Origin: Chlamydia trachomatis
GTDB lineage: Bacteria > Chlamydiota > Chlamydiia > Chlamydiales > 2-12-FULL-49-11
Length of the DNA stretch: 45,416 nt
Direction: 5' to 3'
NCBI GenBank assembly: GCA_945897715.1
Contig: CAMDFS010000001.1
Span: 1 to 45,416, forward strand
Shown here piece by piece: positions 16,659 through 25,237 of the stretch (its first letter is position 1; every line of letters starts with the position of its first letter). The position numbers were made by a program, and so were the translations under genes. The notes beneath the pieces are model-generated. The model had not been told where the DNA came from. It saw only the letters and a program-made list of their open reading frames with translations, and made no database searches.

Positions 16659-17522
16659 TTAAAAGACCTTTTGTAAAATTGATATTAAAGCATGAAACCT
16701 CTCCTTCAAATCTTCTCTATTTTTATAAATAGCAAGTATCCTATAGCCTGAAGTGGAGCTTTGCCATAGCACTGGGGATAAATTGCATTTTTTTGCTAGA
16801 AAATCAGGTAAAAAGCCAACCTCATCTGAATCTTCACAGATTTTAGCAATTAAAGACCAACTGGGAATTTGCGCTTTTACTCTAAGGGAGGATCCCATTA
16901 TTTGCTGCCAAGATTGTTTAAGGGCTAAAACCTCCATTTGATCTTCTGGCAAAAGGACAGGTTTGATAGGAGTTTGCGAATTTCTTGCATAAAGCTGAAA
17001 GCTGCCCCTTCCAATTTCGGTAGCAATTACCCCATTCCAGGAAGAATTATCTAAGACAAGGGCAATATCTGCCTCTTCATGAAGGATTGCCGCATAGGCT
17101 TGATCTGGTCTTTTGTGTGTAAATTCTATTTTAGATGTGGAAAGAAGAGCTGGAACTGCAATTTGAGCAATAGCATGTGTGGTAACAAGGCGTATTGGAA
17201 CTTCCTCTTTAAAGATCACTAAATTTCTTAACCGATTAACCCATTCCTCAAGTTTTGGAAAAAGAACCTCTCCCTCTCTTGTCAGGCAAAAGCGTCTCTT
17301 TTCATGGGTACAAAGATCAGTAGAAAAAGCAGCTTCCACCCTTTGAATAGCTGTGCTTGCGGCACTTTGGCTTAAGTGATGAAATTTTGCAGCCTTTCCT
17401 AAATTTTTCAAATAGGCTGCAGTAATAAATAATTCTAAATCAGCTATTCTTAAATTTTTTAACGAGCTTTCTAACCTTTGCAATAGGAGGTCCTCTACAT
17501 TTTCACCCTTCAATAATGTCAT
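16659..17522 (-). CDS. LysR-family transcriptional regulator
   Basis: 287 aa. N-terminal wHTH (AAKFHHLSQSAASTAIQRVEAAF) with a substrate-binding-type C-terminal domain. Divergent from the transporter gene. Confidence 0.88.
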   Translation of the reverse strand: MTLLKGENVEDLLLQRLESSLKNLRIADLELFITAAYLKNLGKAAKFHHLSQSAASTAIQRVEAAFSTDLCTHEKRRFCLTREGEVLFPKLEEWVNRLRNLVIFKEEVPIRLVTTHAIAQIAVPALLSTSKIEFTHKRPDQAYAAILHEEADIALVLDNSSWNGVIATEIGRGSFQLYARNSQTPIKPVLLPEDQMEVLALKQSWQQIMGSSLRVKAQIPSWSLIAKICEDSDEVGFLPDFLAKKCNLSPVLWQSSTSGYRILAIYKNREDLKERFHALISILQKVF

Positions 17523-17541
17523 AGATTTTCTCCTTGTTCAA

Positions 17542-17577
17542 ATCGATTTTTTCGATTTCCATATCGATTATATCCAT
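17542..17577. promoter_or_regulatory. two phased LysR-type T-N11-A dyads in the divergent promoter region
   Basis: ATCGA-TTTTT-TCGAT is a perfect dyad at 17542-17556. ATCGA-TTATA-TCCAT is a 4/5 dyad at 17563-17577. Centres are 21 bp apart, and the first dyad lies 20 bp upstream of the lysR ATG. Confidence 0.45.
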
Positions 17578-17627
17578 TATTCTATTAATTATCCATGATG
17601 TTATGCTGAAAAATTCACAAAAAGGAG

Positions 17628-19040
17628 ATGAAAATGAACAAAGAAAGTGCTATACTACGATTTTTTCAATCAGTGTGTCGATTTAATTTTGGAAAATTTG
17701 AAACAGATGAATTTAAAAAATTCCTTAGAATGGGAGCAATGTTTGCCCTCATCATTGGAATATATTGGACATTACGTCCGTTAAAAGATGCGGTATTTAT
17801 TCACCTTGTAGGGGGATTGCAAATTCCTTTTGCAAAGACCATTTCCGTTCTCTCCCTATTGCCATTAGTGATTTTTTACACAAAACTTTTAGAAAAAAAT
17901 TCTAAAGAAAAAATGCTAATAATTCTCCCGTTTGCTTATTCTATTGCTATTTTTATTTTTGCCATATTGCTTTGGAATTTTTGGGCACCATTAGATGAAA
18001 TAGCAGGGAGGTCTGCTGCATTATTAATGGGAACAAAAGTTCTTGGGTATCTATTTTATCTTTTTGTCGAAAGTTTTGGATCTTTAGTGATCGCACTTTT
18101 TTGGGCTTTTGCAACAGATACAACTGTTCCAGAATCTGCAAAAAGGGGATTTCCACTTGTTGTAACATTAGGTCAAATGGGAGGGGTTTTATTACCCTAC
18201 ACAATTGGTGGATTACCTCATCGCCTAGGGCTAACATCTGACGCTTTATCTCTAGTTATTTTAAGTGTTTTAACCTTTCTTATCATCCCGGTTTTTAGAT
18301 CCTTTTTAAAAGCCACACCAAAAAAATTACTCACCTCCTTTCAAGAAAAAAATCAAGCTGCAAAACAAATTAACCATGAAGCTTCCTTTTTTGAAGGGCT
18401 CAAACTTCTTTTGAAAAACCGATACCTGCTTGGGATCTTTGCAGTAAACTTTGTCTTTGAGGTAGTAGTTACCATCTTCGATTTTAACTTCAAACTTGCA
18501 GCAAGCTCTGTATATTCAGGTGTTGCCCTCAGTAATTACTTAAGTATCTATGCATCGTCAGTAAATATCGTATCCTTATTTTGCCTCCTTCTTGGGATAA
18601 GCAACATCACAAGATATCTTGGAGTAGGGGCAGCCCTTGCTGCTATGCCAATAATTGTGGGGTGTGCTCTTTTTGGATTCCTAAACGTTAATTCCCTATC
18701 CTTCCTCTTTAGTTTAATGGTGGGATCAAAGGCCATCAACTATGCGCTAAACGGCCCTGCTCTCAAACAGCTCTACATCCCAACTACCAAAGATGTGAAA
18801 TTTAAAGCTGGTGCCTGGATTGAAACTTTTGGATCCAGAACATCAAAACAAGCTGGATCTGTGTTTAACATGTCTCTGTCACCACTTCAAAGTGCCTTTG
18901 GGTCTCTTGCGGGCAAGTCCCATTATCTAGCTTTAAGCGGGGCTATATGCTTTCCTCTTCTTGCAATTTGGCTAATGATTGCACTTTTTCTAGGAAAATC
19001 CTTTAAAAAAGCAATCAAGACAAACACCGTAATTTGTTAG
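17628..19040 (+). CDS. ntt: TLC/NTT-family nucleotide (ATP/ADP-type) transport protein
   Basis: 470 aa, polytopic. The N-terminus EFKKFLRMGAMFALIIGIYWTLRPLKDAVF parallels Rickettsia Tlc1 ELKKFLPMALMMF..STLRSIKDSL (from memory). WAFATDTTVPESAKRGFPLV parallels FWQFANQITKIAEAKRFY. The second ATG (17634) is better spaced from AAGGAG. Confidence 0.8.
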   Translation: MKMNKESAILRFFQSVCRFNFGKFETDEFKKFLRMGAMFALIIGIYWTLRPLKDAVFIHLVGGLQIPFAKTISVLSLLPLVIFYTKLLEKNSKEKMLIILPFAYSIAIFIFAILLWNFWAPLDEIAGRSAALLMGTKVLGYLFYLFVESFGSLVIALFWAFATDTTVPESAKRGFPLVVTLGQMGGVLLPYTIGGLPHRLGLTSDALSLVILSVLTFLIIPVFRSFLKATPKKLLTSFQEKNQAAKQINHEASFFEGLKLLLKNRYLLGIFAVNFVFEVVVTIFDFNFKLAASSVYSGVALSNYLSIYASSVNIVSLFCLLLGISNITRYLGVGAALAAMPIIVGCALFGFLNVNSLSFLFSLMVGSKAINYALNGPALKQLYIPTTKDVKFKAGAWIETFGSRTSKQAGSVFNMSLSPLQSAFGSLAGKSHYLALSGAICFPLLAIWLMIALFLGKSFKKAIKTNTVIC

Positions 19041-19136
19041 ATAAAATGGATAAATTAAATAAGCCAACTATTTTATTTTAAATAGACAGACCCAACTCTA
19101 ATGTGTTAAGATAAAATAAAATAGGAGAGTGTTAAT

Positions 19137-19946
19137 ATGACAAATAGATTAGCGGGTAAAATAGCTCTCATTACTGGAGCGGCTCAAGGAATTGGACGAG
19201 CATGCGCGGAAGTTTTTGCTAAAGAAGGTGCTTTTGTTTTTGTTTCCGATATCAATGATGATTTAGGAAAGAAATTAGCAAATGAAATTGGTGCCTGTGC
19301 CCAATATTTGCATTTAGATGTCCAAAGTGAAAGTGATTGGGATGGGGTAATTTTAGAAATTATTAAACAAAAAAAACATTTAGATATTCTAGTGAATAAC
19401 GCAGGCATTACAGGCTTTCAGGAGGGATTTGGATTACAAGACCCAGAAAATGCTTCATTAGATAGCTGGAGAAAAGTTCATGCAGTAAATTCCGATGGTG
19501 TTTTTCTTGGTTGTAAAAAGGCTATTAAGGCTATGAAACATGCAAAAGGCTCAATTGTTAACATTTCCTCTCGATCTGGCATTGTTGGCATTCCTCACGC
19601 TGCTGCATACGCCTCTTCCAAAGCCTCGGTTCGCAATCATACAAAAAGTGTTGCTCTTTACTGTTGCGAGCAAGGTTATGAAATCCGCTGTAATTCTATA
19701 CATCCTGCCGCTATTTTAACACCTATGTGGGAACCAATGCTTGGTTCTGGAATAGAAAGGGAAGAAAGATTAGCTCAATTTTCTAAAGATATTCCCATGG
19801 GCAAGCTTGGATCTGCTGAAGATGTAGCACACGCTGCTCTATTTTTATCAACAGATCAAGCAAAATACATTACTGGAATAGAACTTAACGTAGATGGCGG
19901 AATTTTAGCTGGAAGTAGCGCTTCCCCTAAACGGGACAAAAAGTAA
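19137..19946 (+). CDS. SDR-family oxidoreductase
   Basis: Has TGAAQGIGRA (TGxxxGxG), NNAGI and YASSKAS (YxxxK). 269 aa. Confidence 0.9.
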   Translation: MTNRLAGKIALITGAAQGIGRACAEVFAKEGAFVFVSDINDDLGKKLANEIGACAQYLHLDVQSESDWDGVILEIIKQKKHLDILVNNAGITGFQEGFGLQDPENASLDSWRKVHAVNSDGVFLGCKKAIKAMKHAKGSIVNISSRSGIVGIPHAAAYASSKASVRNHTKSVALYCCEQGYEIRCNSIHPAAILTPMWEPMLGSGIEREERLAQFSKDIPMGKLGSAEDVAHAALFLSTDQAKYITGIELNVDGGILAGSSASPKRDKK

Positions 19947-19950
19947 AAAT

Positions 19951-20136
19951 ATGGAAAAACTGCTGACTCAAAAAAAAGCCAAAACTACTGTTTACATGAC
20001 CGAAGAAGAGACACTATTAAATGAGCTTTTTATTAAAAGGCTTAGTCACCGAAAAAAAATAGATAAATCAGCCTTGCTATGTGAGGGCATCAAGCTTCTT
20101 TTTGAGAATGAAGTAGGAAGGTTACAAGATGTCTGA
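19951..20136 (+). CDS. small ribbon-helix-helix (CopG/Arc-like) protein, putative
   Basis: 61 aa. KTTVYMTEEE (beta strand), then LLNELFIKRLSHRKK and DKSALLCEGIKLLFE (two helices). The 3' end overlaps the next gene by 8 nt. Confidence 0.5.
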   Translation: MEKLLTQKKAKTTVYMTEEETLLNELFIKRLSHRKKIDKSALLCEGIKLLFENEVGRLQDV

Positions 20137-21166
20137 GATTAAAAACTCACCTTCTAATAGCCCACAAGAATACAAAGATATCCTAGTAGAGTTGAGAACC
20201 AAAATAAAGGCAGCCCAAGCTAGAGCTATGGGAGCTGTAAATAGAGAACTTATAGAAGTCTACAGAGACATAGGTAAAACAATTTATCAACAGCAGGAAT
20301 CTGGTAAATGGGGAGAAGCTATCGTTAGTAAGCTTGCCGAAGACTTGCAAAAAGCCTTTCCAGGAATGAGAGGTTTTTCTAATCGTAACTTATACACAAT
20401 GAAAGAGTTATATTTTTCATATAAAAAAAATGAAAAATTGCAGACACTGTCTGCACAAATTAGCTGGTCTCATAATGTAGCCATACTATCGAAATGTAAA
20501 GATGACGTTCAAAAAGAATTTTACATGAAAATGTCTAAAAAAAATGGTTGGTCCTACAGGATATTACTGAATCACATTGAGAGCGGCACTTTTGAAAGAA
20601 CGATGCTTGCTCAATCCAACTTTAAAGAAAATCTACCAGTAAATATGCATCCAGAGGCTCTTTTAATTGCTAAAGATGAATACGTTTTGGATTTCTTAGG
20701 GTTAGCAAATGAACACAGCGAACATGAACTTGAAAGAGCTATTGTTAAAAACATAGAGGCTTTTTTACGTGAAGTTGGCACTTCCCTAGCATTTTTAGGC
20801 TCTCAATACCGTATTGAAATTGAAGGGCAAGAGTTCTTTATAGATCTTCTTTTTTATCACAGACGATTGAAATCTCTTATTGCAGTTGAATTAAAGGTAG
20901 CGGAGTTCATTCCTGAGCATGTTGGAAAAATGCAATTTTATCTAGCAGTATTAGATGACAAGGTAAAGATAGAGGGTGAAAATCCTTCTATTGGGATAAT
21001 ATTATGCAAAAGTAAAAATCAAACGATAGTAGAGTATGCGTTAAAAGATGCGAATAAGCCGATTAATATAGCCTCTTATCATTTGGTTAAAAAACTTCCT
21101 AAAGAACTTGAGAAAGAATTGCCATCCTTAGAACAAATGACAAAACTACTTGAAAATATAGAATAG
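20129..21166 (+). CDS. DUF1016/YhcG-family PDDEXK nuclease-domain protein
   Basis: 345 aa. C-terminal FFIDLLFYHRRLKSLIAVELKVAEFIPEHVGKMQFYLAVLDD matches the D...E-x-K core and flanks typical of YhcG. The N-terminal helical DUF1016 region is present. Confidence 0.85.
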   Translation: MSEIKNSPSNSPQEYKDILVELRTKIKAAQARAMGAVNRELIEVYRDIGKTIYQQQESGKWGEAIVSKLAEDLQKAFPGMRGFSNRNLYTMKELYFSYKKNEKLQTLSAQISWSHNVAILSKCKDDVQKEFYMKMSKKNGWSYRILLNHIESGTFERTMLAQSNFKENLPVNMHPEALLIAKDEYVLDFLGLANEHSEHELERAIVKNIEAFLREVGTSLAFLGSQYRIEIEGQEFFIDLLFYHRRLKSLIAVELKVAEFIPEHVGKMQFYLAVLDDKVKIEGENPSIGIILCKSKNQTIVEYALKDANKPINIASYHLVKKLPKELEKELPSLEQMTKLLENIE

Positions 21167-21296
21167 CAAGCGATTATCTGGCCGATTGTAATTTGAAATG
21201 CACAATTTCAATTGCATTAGCTTAAAAGAGGTTGTCAATAAAAACCGGCATCGCTACCATTGTCAGTTCATCTAACCAAAGATTGGAGAAAATCAT

Positions 21297-22835
21297 TTGA
21301 ACAAATCCCCTTTAGAAAACGAACGACTCAACTATCATGTAGAGGTCTTCCCTCTACTAAAGGATGTTAGAAATGCATATTGGAAAGATGAAAATACTTA
21401 TATCAAGCTCCTTGTGCACGAAACTCAGCACAGTCCGCCTCTAAGAGTAGGAGTAATGTTCTCCGGCGGTCCAGCCCCTGGTGGTTTAAACGTTTTATGG
21501 GGCCTTTATAAGGGATTAAAGGATATTCATCCAGACAGCTCACTCATTGGTTTCTCAAATGGCGCAAAAGGCTTTTTAGACAATCAATGGATGGAAATCA
21601 ATGAGGAACAAATATCCCACATCAAAAATCAAGGAGGGTTTACCCTTCTTGCAACAGGCCGCACAAAGATTGAATCTTCAGCTCAAATGGAAAAAGCTTT
21701 GCAAGTAGTCAAAGAGAATCGTCTACAGGGACTTGTTTTTGTCGGCGGAGATGATACAAATACCAACGCATATCATTTATCAAAATATTTCGAAAAAGAA
21801 AATGCCCGGTGCACCGTCATCGGCATCCCTAAAACAATTGATGGCGATTTAAAAAGTACAGATATAGAGACCTCCTTCGGCTTTGATACAGCAACTAAAA
21901 CCTATAGCAACATGATTGGAAATTTATGCCGAGATGCAATGTCAGCAAAAAAATATTGGTTCTTTGTCAAACTAATGGGAAGGGCTGCATCTCATGTAAC
22001 TTTAGAGTGCGCTTTAAAAACTAAACCAAATTTAGCGTTCATAAGCGAAGAAATTTTCCAGAAAAAGATTACTTTTAAAAAAATTATTGATGAGTGCGCA
22101 CAAACAGTTGTAGAAAGAGCTGAAAAGGGGATGAATTACGGAGTTGCTTTAATTCCAGAAGGTTTAATTGAAGCGTGCTCAGATATGAAAGAGATGATTG
22201 AGCAGTGTAATTCTCTTAAAAGAGATGGAAAAAAATTCGATCAGCTAAAAGGGGAGGCCAAAGAGCTCTTTGATTCATTTCCATCCCATATCCAAAAGCA
22301 ATTTTCCAATGATTTAGATCCTCATGGAAATATGCAACTATCACAAATTGCTACCGATCAGCTAATGGCTGAAATGGTTCAGCAAAGGGTGAAAAATCAT
22401 GAAAAAGTGCAGTTCAAGGTAGTCCCTATTTTTTATGGGTATGATGGAAGGTGTGCTTTACCATCAAATTTTGATGCCACCTATTGCTACAACCTTGGCT
22501 TAATAGCCTCTCTACTTGTTAGAGATCGTAAAAGCGGCTATATGGCATCCATTAAAGGGTTAAACGGACCGTTAGTGGAATGGAGCGGTATTGCAATTCC
22601 TATTCATACCATGATGCATGAAGAAGAAAGAAATGGGGAGAAAAAACTTGTCATTGCAAAAGCCCTTGTCGATTTAAAAGGGAGGCCTTTCAAAGAGTTC
22701 TCTAAAAAAAGAGATCAGTGGAAAACTTCAGATATCTATGAGGCACCAGGACCTATTCAATTTAATGATAAAAGTGACTGCTTTGTAAAAACCTTGACTT
22801 TAGATTTCGAACAGACCAAAAAAAGCTTCCTTTAA
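21297..22835 (+). CDS. pfp: diphosphate--fructose-6-phosphate 1-phosphotransferase (PPi-dependent phosphofructokinase, long form)
   Basis: 512 aa with a TTG start behind GGAGA. Has SGGPAPGG, VGGDDTNTNA, IPKTIDGDL and LMGRAASH. Confidence 0.92.
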   Translation: MNKSPLENERLNYHVEVFPLLKDVRNAYWKDENTYIKLLVHETQHSPPLRVGVMFSGGPAPGGLNVLWGLYKGLKDIHPDSSLIGFSNGAKGFLDNQWMEINEEQISHIKNQGGFTLLATGRTKIESSAQMEKALQVVKENRLQGLVFVGGDDTNTNAYHLSKYFEKENARCTVIGIPKTIDGDLKSTDIETSFGFDTATKTYSNMIGNLCRDAMSAKKYWFFVKLMGRAASHVTLECALKTKPNLAFISEEIFQKKITFKKIIDECAQTVVERAEKGMNYGVALIPEGLIEACSDMKEMIEQCNSLKRDGKKFDQLKGEAKELFDSFPSHIQKQFSNDLDPHGNMQLSQIATDQLMAEMVQQRVKNHEKVQFKVVPIFYGYDGRCALPSNFDATYCYNLGLIASLLVRDRKSGYMASIKGLNGPLVEWSGIAIPIHTMMHEEERNGEKKLVIAKALVDLKGRPFKEFSKKRDQWKTSDIYEAPGPIQFNDKSDCFVKTLTLDFEQTKKSFL

Positions 22836-22847
22836 GGAAAATCCACT

Positions 22848-23420
22848 GTGCACAGTATTTACCCTTTTATGATTAAGGCAGATCTTAAATTAAGACTCTC
22901 CTATCTCTTTATAAACCCCTATCGTCATGTAAGGAAATATCTGCAAAAAAAAGGGCTGGAAAACCCTTATCAGTATGGCGAGACCCCTTTGAAAGCAATA
23001 GATGCTCTTATCGAAGCTGCAGGGGGGTTAAAAAAATATCAGTATTTTGCTGATCTAGGAGCTGGGAGGGGAAGACTTTGCTATTTTGTCCAGATGAAGT
23101 ATCAGTGCAAAGTATTTGCTTTCGAACAGATGCAGACATTTGTAGAAAAAGGTCAAAAGCTCTTCCCAAATGTCCATTTCGTCCTAGGAAACTTCTTAAA
23201 CAAGGACCTTTCCTCTATCGATCTTATCTATCTCTATGGTACGATGATGACCGAAAATGAAATTTTAACATTTGTAGAGAAAATCCGGGGCAAGACCAAG
23301 ATTATCACAATCTCCTATCCTTTAAGCGATTATGATTCACGTTTTAAAGTGTTAAAAAAAGTAAATGTAAAATTCCCTTGGGGAAATACTGTGGGGTATG
23401 TCCAATGTCTAAGAAAGTAG
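22848..23420 (+). CDS. small class I SAM-dependent methyltransferase with DOT1-like motif order
   Basis: 190 aa with a GTG start. YGET, then 20 aa, then FADLGAGRGR, then CKVFAFE, GNFL, DLIYLYG, KIITISYPL and FPWGNTVGYV. The methyltransferase fold is secure. The DOT1 relationship is a hypothesis. Confidence 0.75.
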   Translation: MHSIYPFMIKADLKLRLSYLFINPYRHVRKYLQKKGLENPYQYGETPLKAIDALIEAAGGLKKYQYFADLGAGRGRLCYFVQMKYQCKVFAFEQMQTFVEKGQKLFPNVHFVLGNFLNKDLSSIDLIYLYGTMMTENEILTFVEKIRGKTKIITISYPLSDYDSRFKVLKKVNVKFPWGNTVGYVQCLRK

Positions 23421-24058
23421 CAATTATTTTATCAGGATGCGGAGGATTTGATGGCTCTGAAGTCCAAGAATCAGTGTGCTCCATCCTTGCAATCGAGCAG
23501 GTAGGTTTCTCTTGGGAGGGATTTTCTTTAGATGAAAATCAAGCAATTGTAAAAATAGGCTTGGATTCAAAACCCATAGACCAATCAAGAAATATGCTAT
23601 CAGAATCATCTAGAATCACCCATGGAAATATTAAACCAATAGAACAGCTAGATCCTAGTAAGTTCGATGTGTTGTGGTTCCCTGGAGGGTTTGGTGTTGT
23701 CACCTCTTTTAGCGATATAGCAAAGAAAGGGGATAGAGGATCTTTACATCCACAGATTGAAAAACTAATACAAACCTTTCATGCTGAAAAAAAAGCCATA
23801 GTAGCGGTTTGTATTGCACCAACAATCCTTGCAATTGCACTCAAAGGACATGGGCTTACTTTAACCTTAGGAAATACTACAGTTTATGATGATAGGTTAA
23901 AAAAAGCAAACCACCATCCTCTTAAAGCAAATTCAGAAGAATTTGTCTTCGATAAAAAGAATAACATCTATACCACCCCCGCCTATATGAACCAAGATGC
24001 CACCTGCAGCAAGGTTTTTGATGGGTGTAAGGGGATTGCAAATCAATTAAGGGGTTGA
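23405..24058 (+). CDS. elbB: ElbB-type DJ-1/PfpI-family protein (isoprenoid biosynthesis glyoxalase ElbB-like)
   Basis: MSKKVAIILSGCGGFDGSEVQESV at the N-terminus, and AVCIAP with the nucleophile Cys. I prefer the start at 23405 (Met10 of track ORF 23378..24058). Confidence 0.8.
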   Translation: MSKKVAIILSGCGGFDGSEVQESVCSILAIEQVGFSWEGFSLDENQAIVKIGLDSKPIDQSRNMLSESSRITHGNIKPIEQLDPSKFDVLWFPGGFGVVTSFSDIAKKGDRGSLHPQIEKLIQTFHAEKKAIVAVCIAPTILAIALKGHGLTLTLGNTTVYDDRLKKANHHPLKANSEEFVFDKKNNIYTTPAYMNQDATCSKVFDGCKGIANQLRG

Positions 24059-24061
24059 AAA

Positions 24062-25237
24062 ATGAAGAACAGTATCATTGATAGTGAAATTGAGCAATAT
24101 ATCATAGATATAAGGAGGGATTTACATAAAATACCTGAACTTGCCTTTGAAGAGGAAAAAACTATCGCCTATATAAAACGGGAGATAGAAGGCATTATCG
24201 AAAAGAGCCCTCTAAATATTTCATTAGTTGAGAGAAAAGGTGGCCTTGTAGTTGATCTTTTAACTAATACGTCTTTAAAAAGATTGTTATTTCGGGCAGA
24301 TATTGATGCTTTGCCCATAACAGAGGAAACAGGATTAGAATTTTCCTCCACCCATCCAGGAAAAATGCATGCCTGTGGTCATGATATGCACGCATCGATG
24401 CTTTTAGGGGCTTTAAAGGCAATTTCTCTGCAAACAATAGAAAGTAAGCATAATCTTCGGTTTGTATGGCAAAGATCTGAGGAGAGAAAAGTCAATGGGA
24501 TCAGTGGCGGTGAAATGCTTGTTAATGAAGGTGTTTTAGATGATGTCGATGAGGTATATGCAATGCACATCCTCCCAACAGCAAAAATAGGGGAGTTTCT
24601 ATCACGTCCTGGATCTATGATGGCTAATACCAATCAATTTCATATAGAGATAAAGACCACAGGGGGCCATGTGGCAAGACCAGGGCTTGGGACAAATGCT
24701 ATTGATGTACTATTAGAGATGCAAAATGCGGCAAGAGGGTCTTTAGAAAGGTTCTTACACTCCTATGAGGATGCTATTTTAGTCCCTAGCATCATTCAGG
24801 CTGGAAATATTTCAAATATACGACCAGCATCAGGAAAATGTTGTTTTGTGTTTAGGCATTACTTAAGTGATGAGAGGGCAGAAAAATTTCGCTTCCTATT
24901 CACAAAGAAGATCGAGGGAATTGTAAAAAGCTATGAGGATTGCACCATATCTATGTTTTCTTATATCCAAGGGTATCCAATGCTAAAAAATTCTCCCGAT
25001 TCTGTAAAAAAGGTAAAAAGCTTATTAGAAAAACAAGGAACTCTTGTATCTGTTATGCCTTTTTCCTTTGGAGGGGAGGATTTTTCGTACTATCTTCAGA
25101 AAAAACCTGGATCTTTATGGTTTTTAGGGGTAATGGGGAGTCATGCTTATGATCTACATACACCAAAAATGAACCCCGATGAAGGGGCTATGATCCATGG
25201 AGTGCATTTCTGGTTGCTTTTAGCTAGTCACGAATAG
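24062..25237 (+). CDS. M20D-family amidohydrolase (N-acyl-amino-acid amidohydrolase/hippuricase-like)
   Basis: 391 aa. Has RRDLHKIPELAFEE, the HACGHDMH metal site and GGEDFSYY. Confidence 0.88.
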   Translation: MKNSIIDSEIEQYIIDIRRDLHKIPELAFEEEKTIAYIKREIEGIIEKSPLNISLVERKGGLVVDLLTNTSLKRLLFRADIDALPITEETGLEFSSTHPGKMHACGHDMHASMLLGALKAISLQTIESKHNLRFVWQRSEERKVNGISGGEMLVNEGVLDDVDEVYAMHILPTAKIGEFLSRPGSMMANTNQFHIEIKTTGGHVARPGLGTNAIDVLLEMQNAARGSLERFLHSYEDAILVPSIIQAGNISNIRPASGKCCFVFRHYLSDERAEKFRFLFTKKIEGIVKSYEDCTISMFSYIQGYPMLKNSPDSVKKVKSLLEKQGTLVSVMPFSFGGEDFSYYLQKKPGSLWFLGVMGSHAYDLHTPKMNPDEGAMIHGVHFWLLLASHE

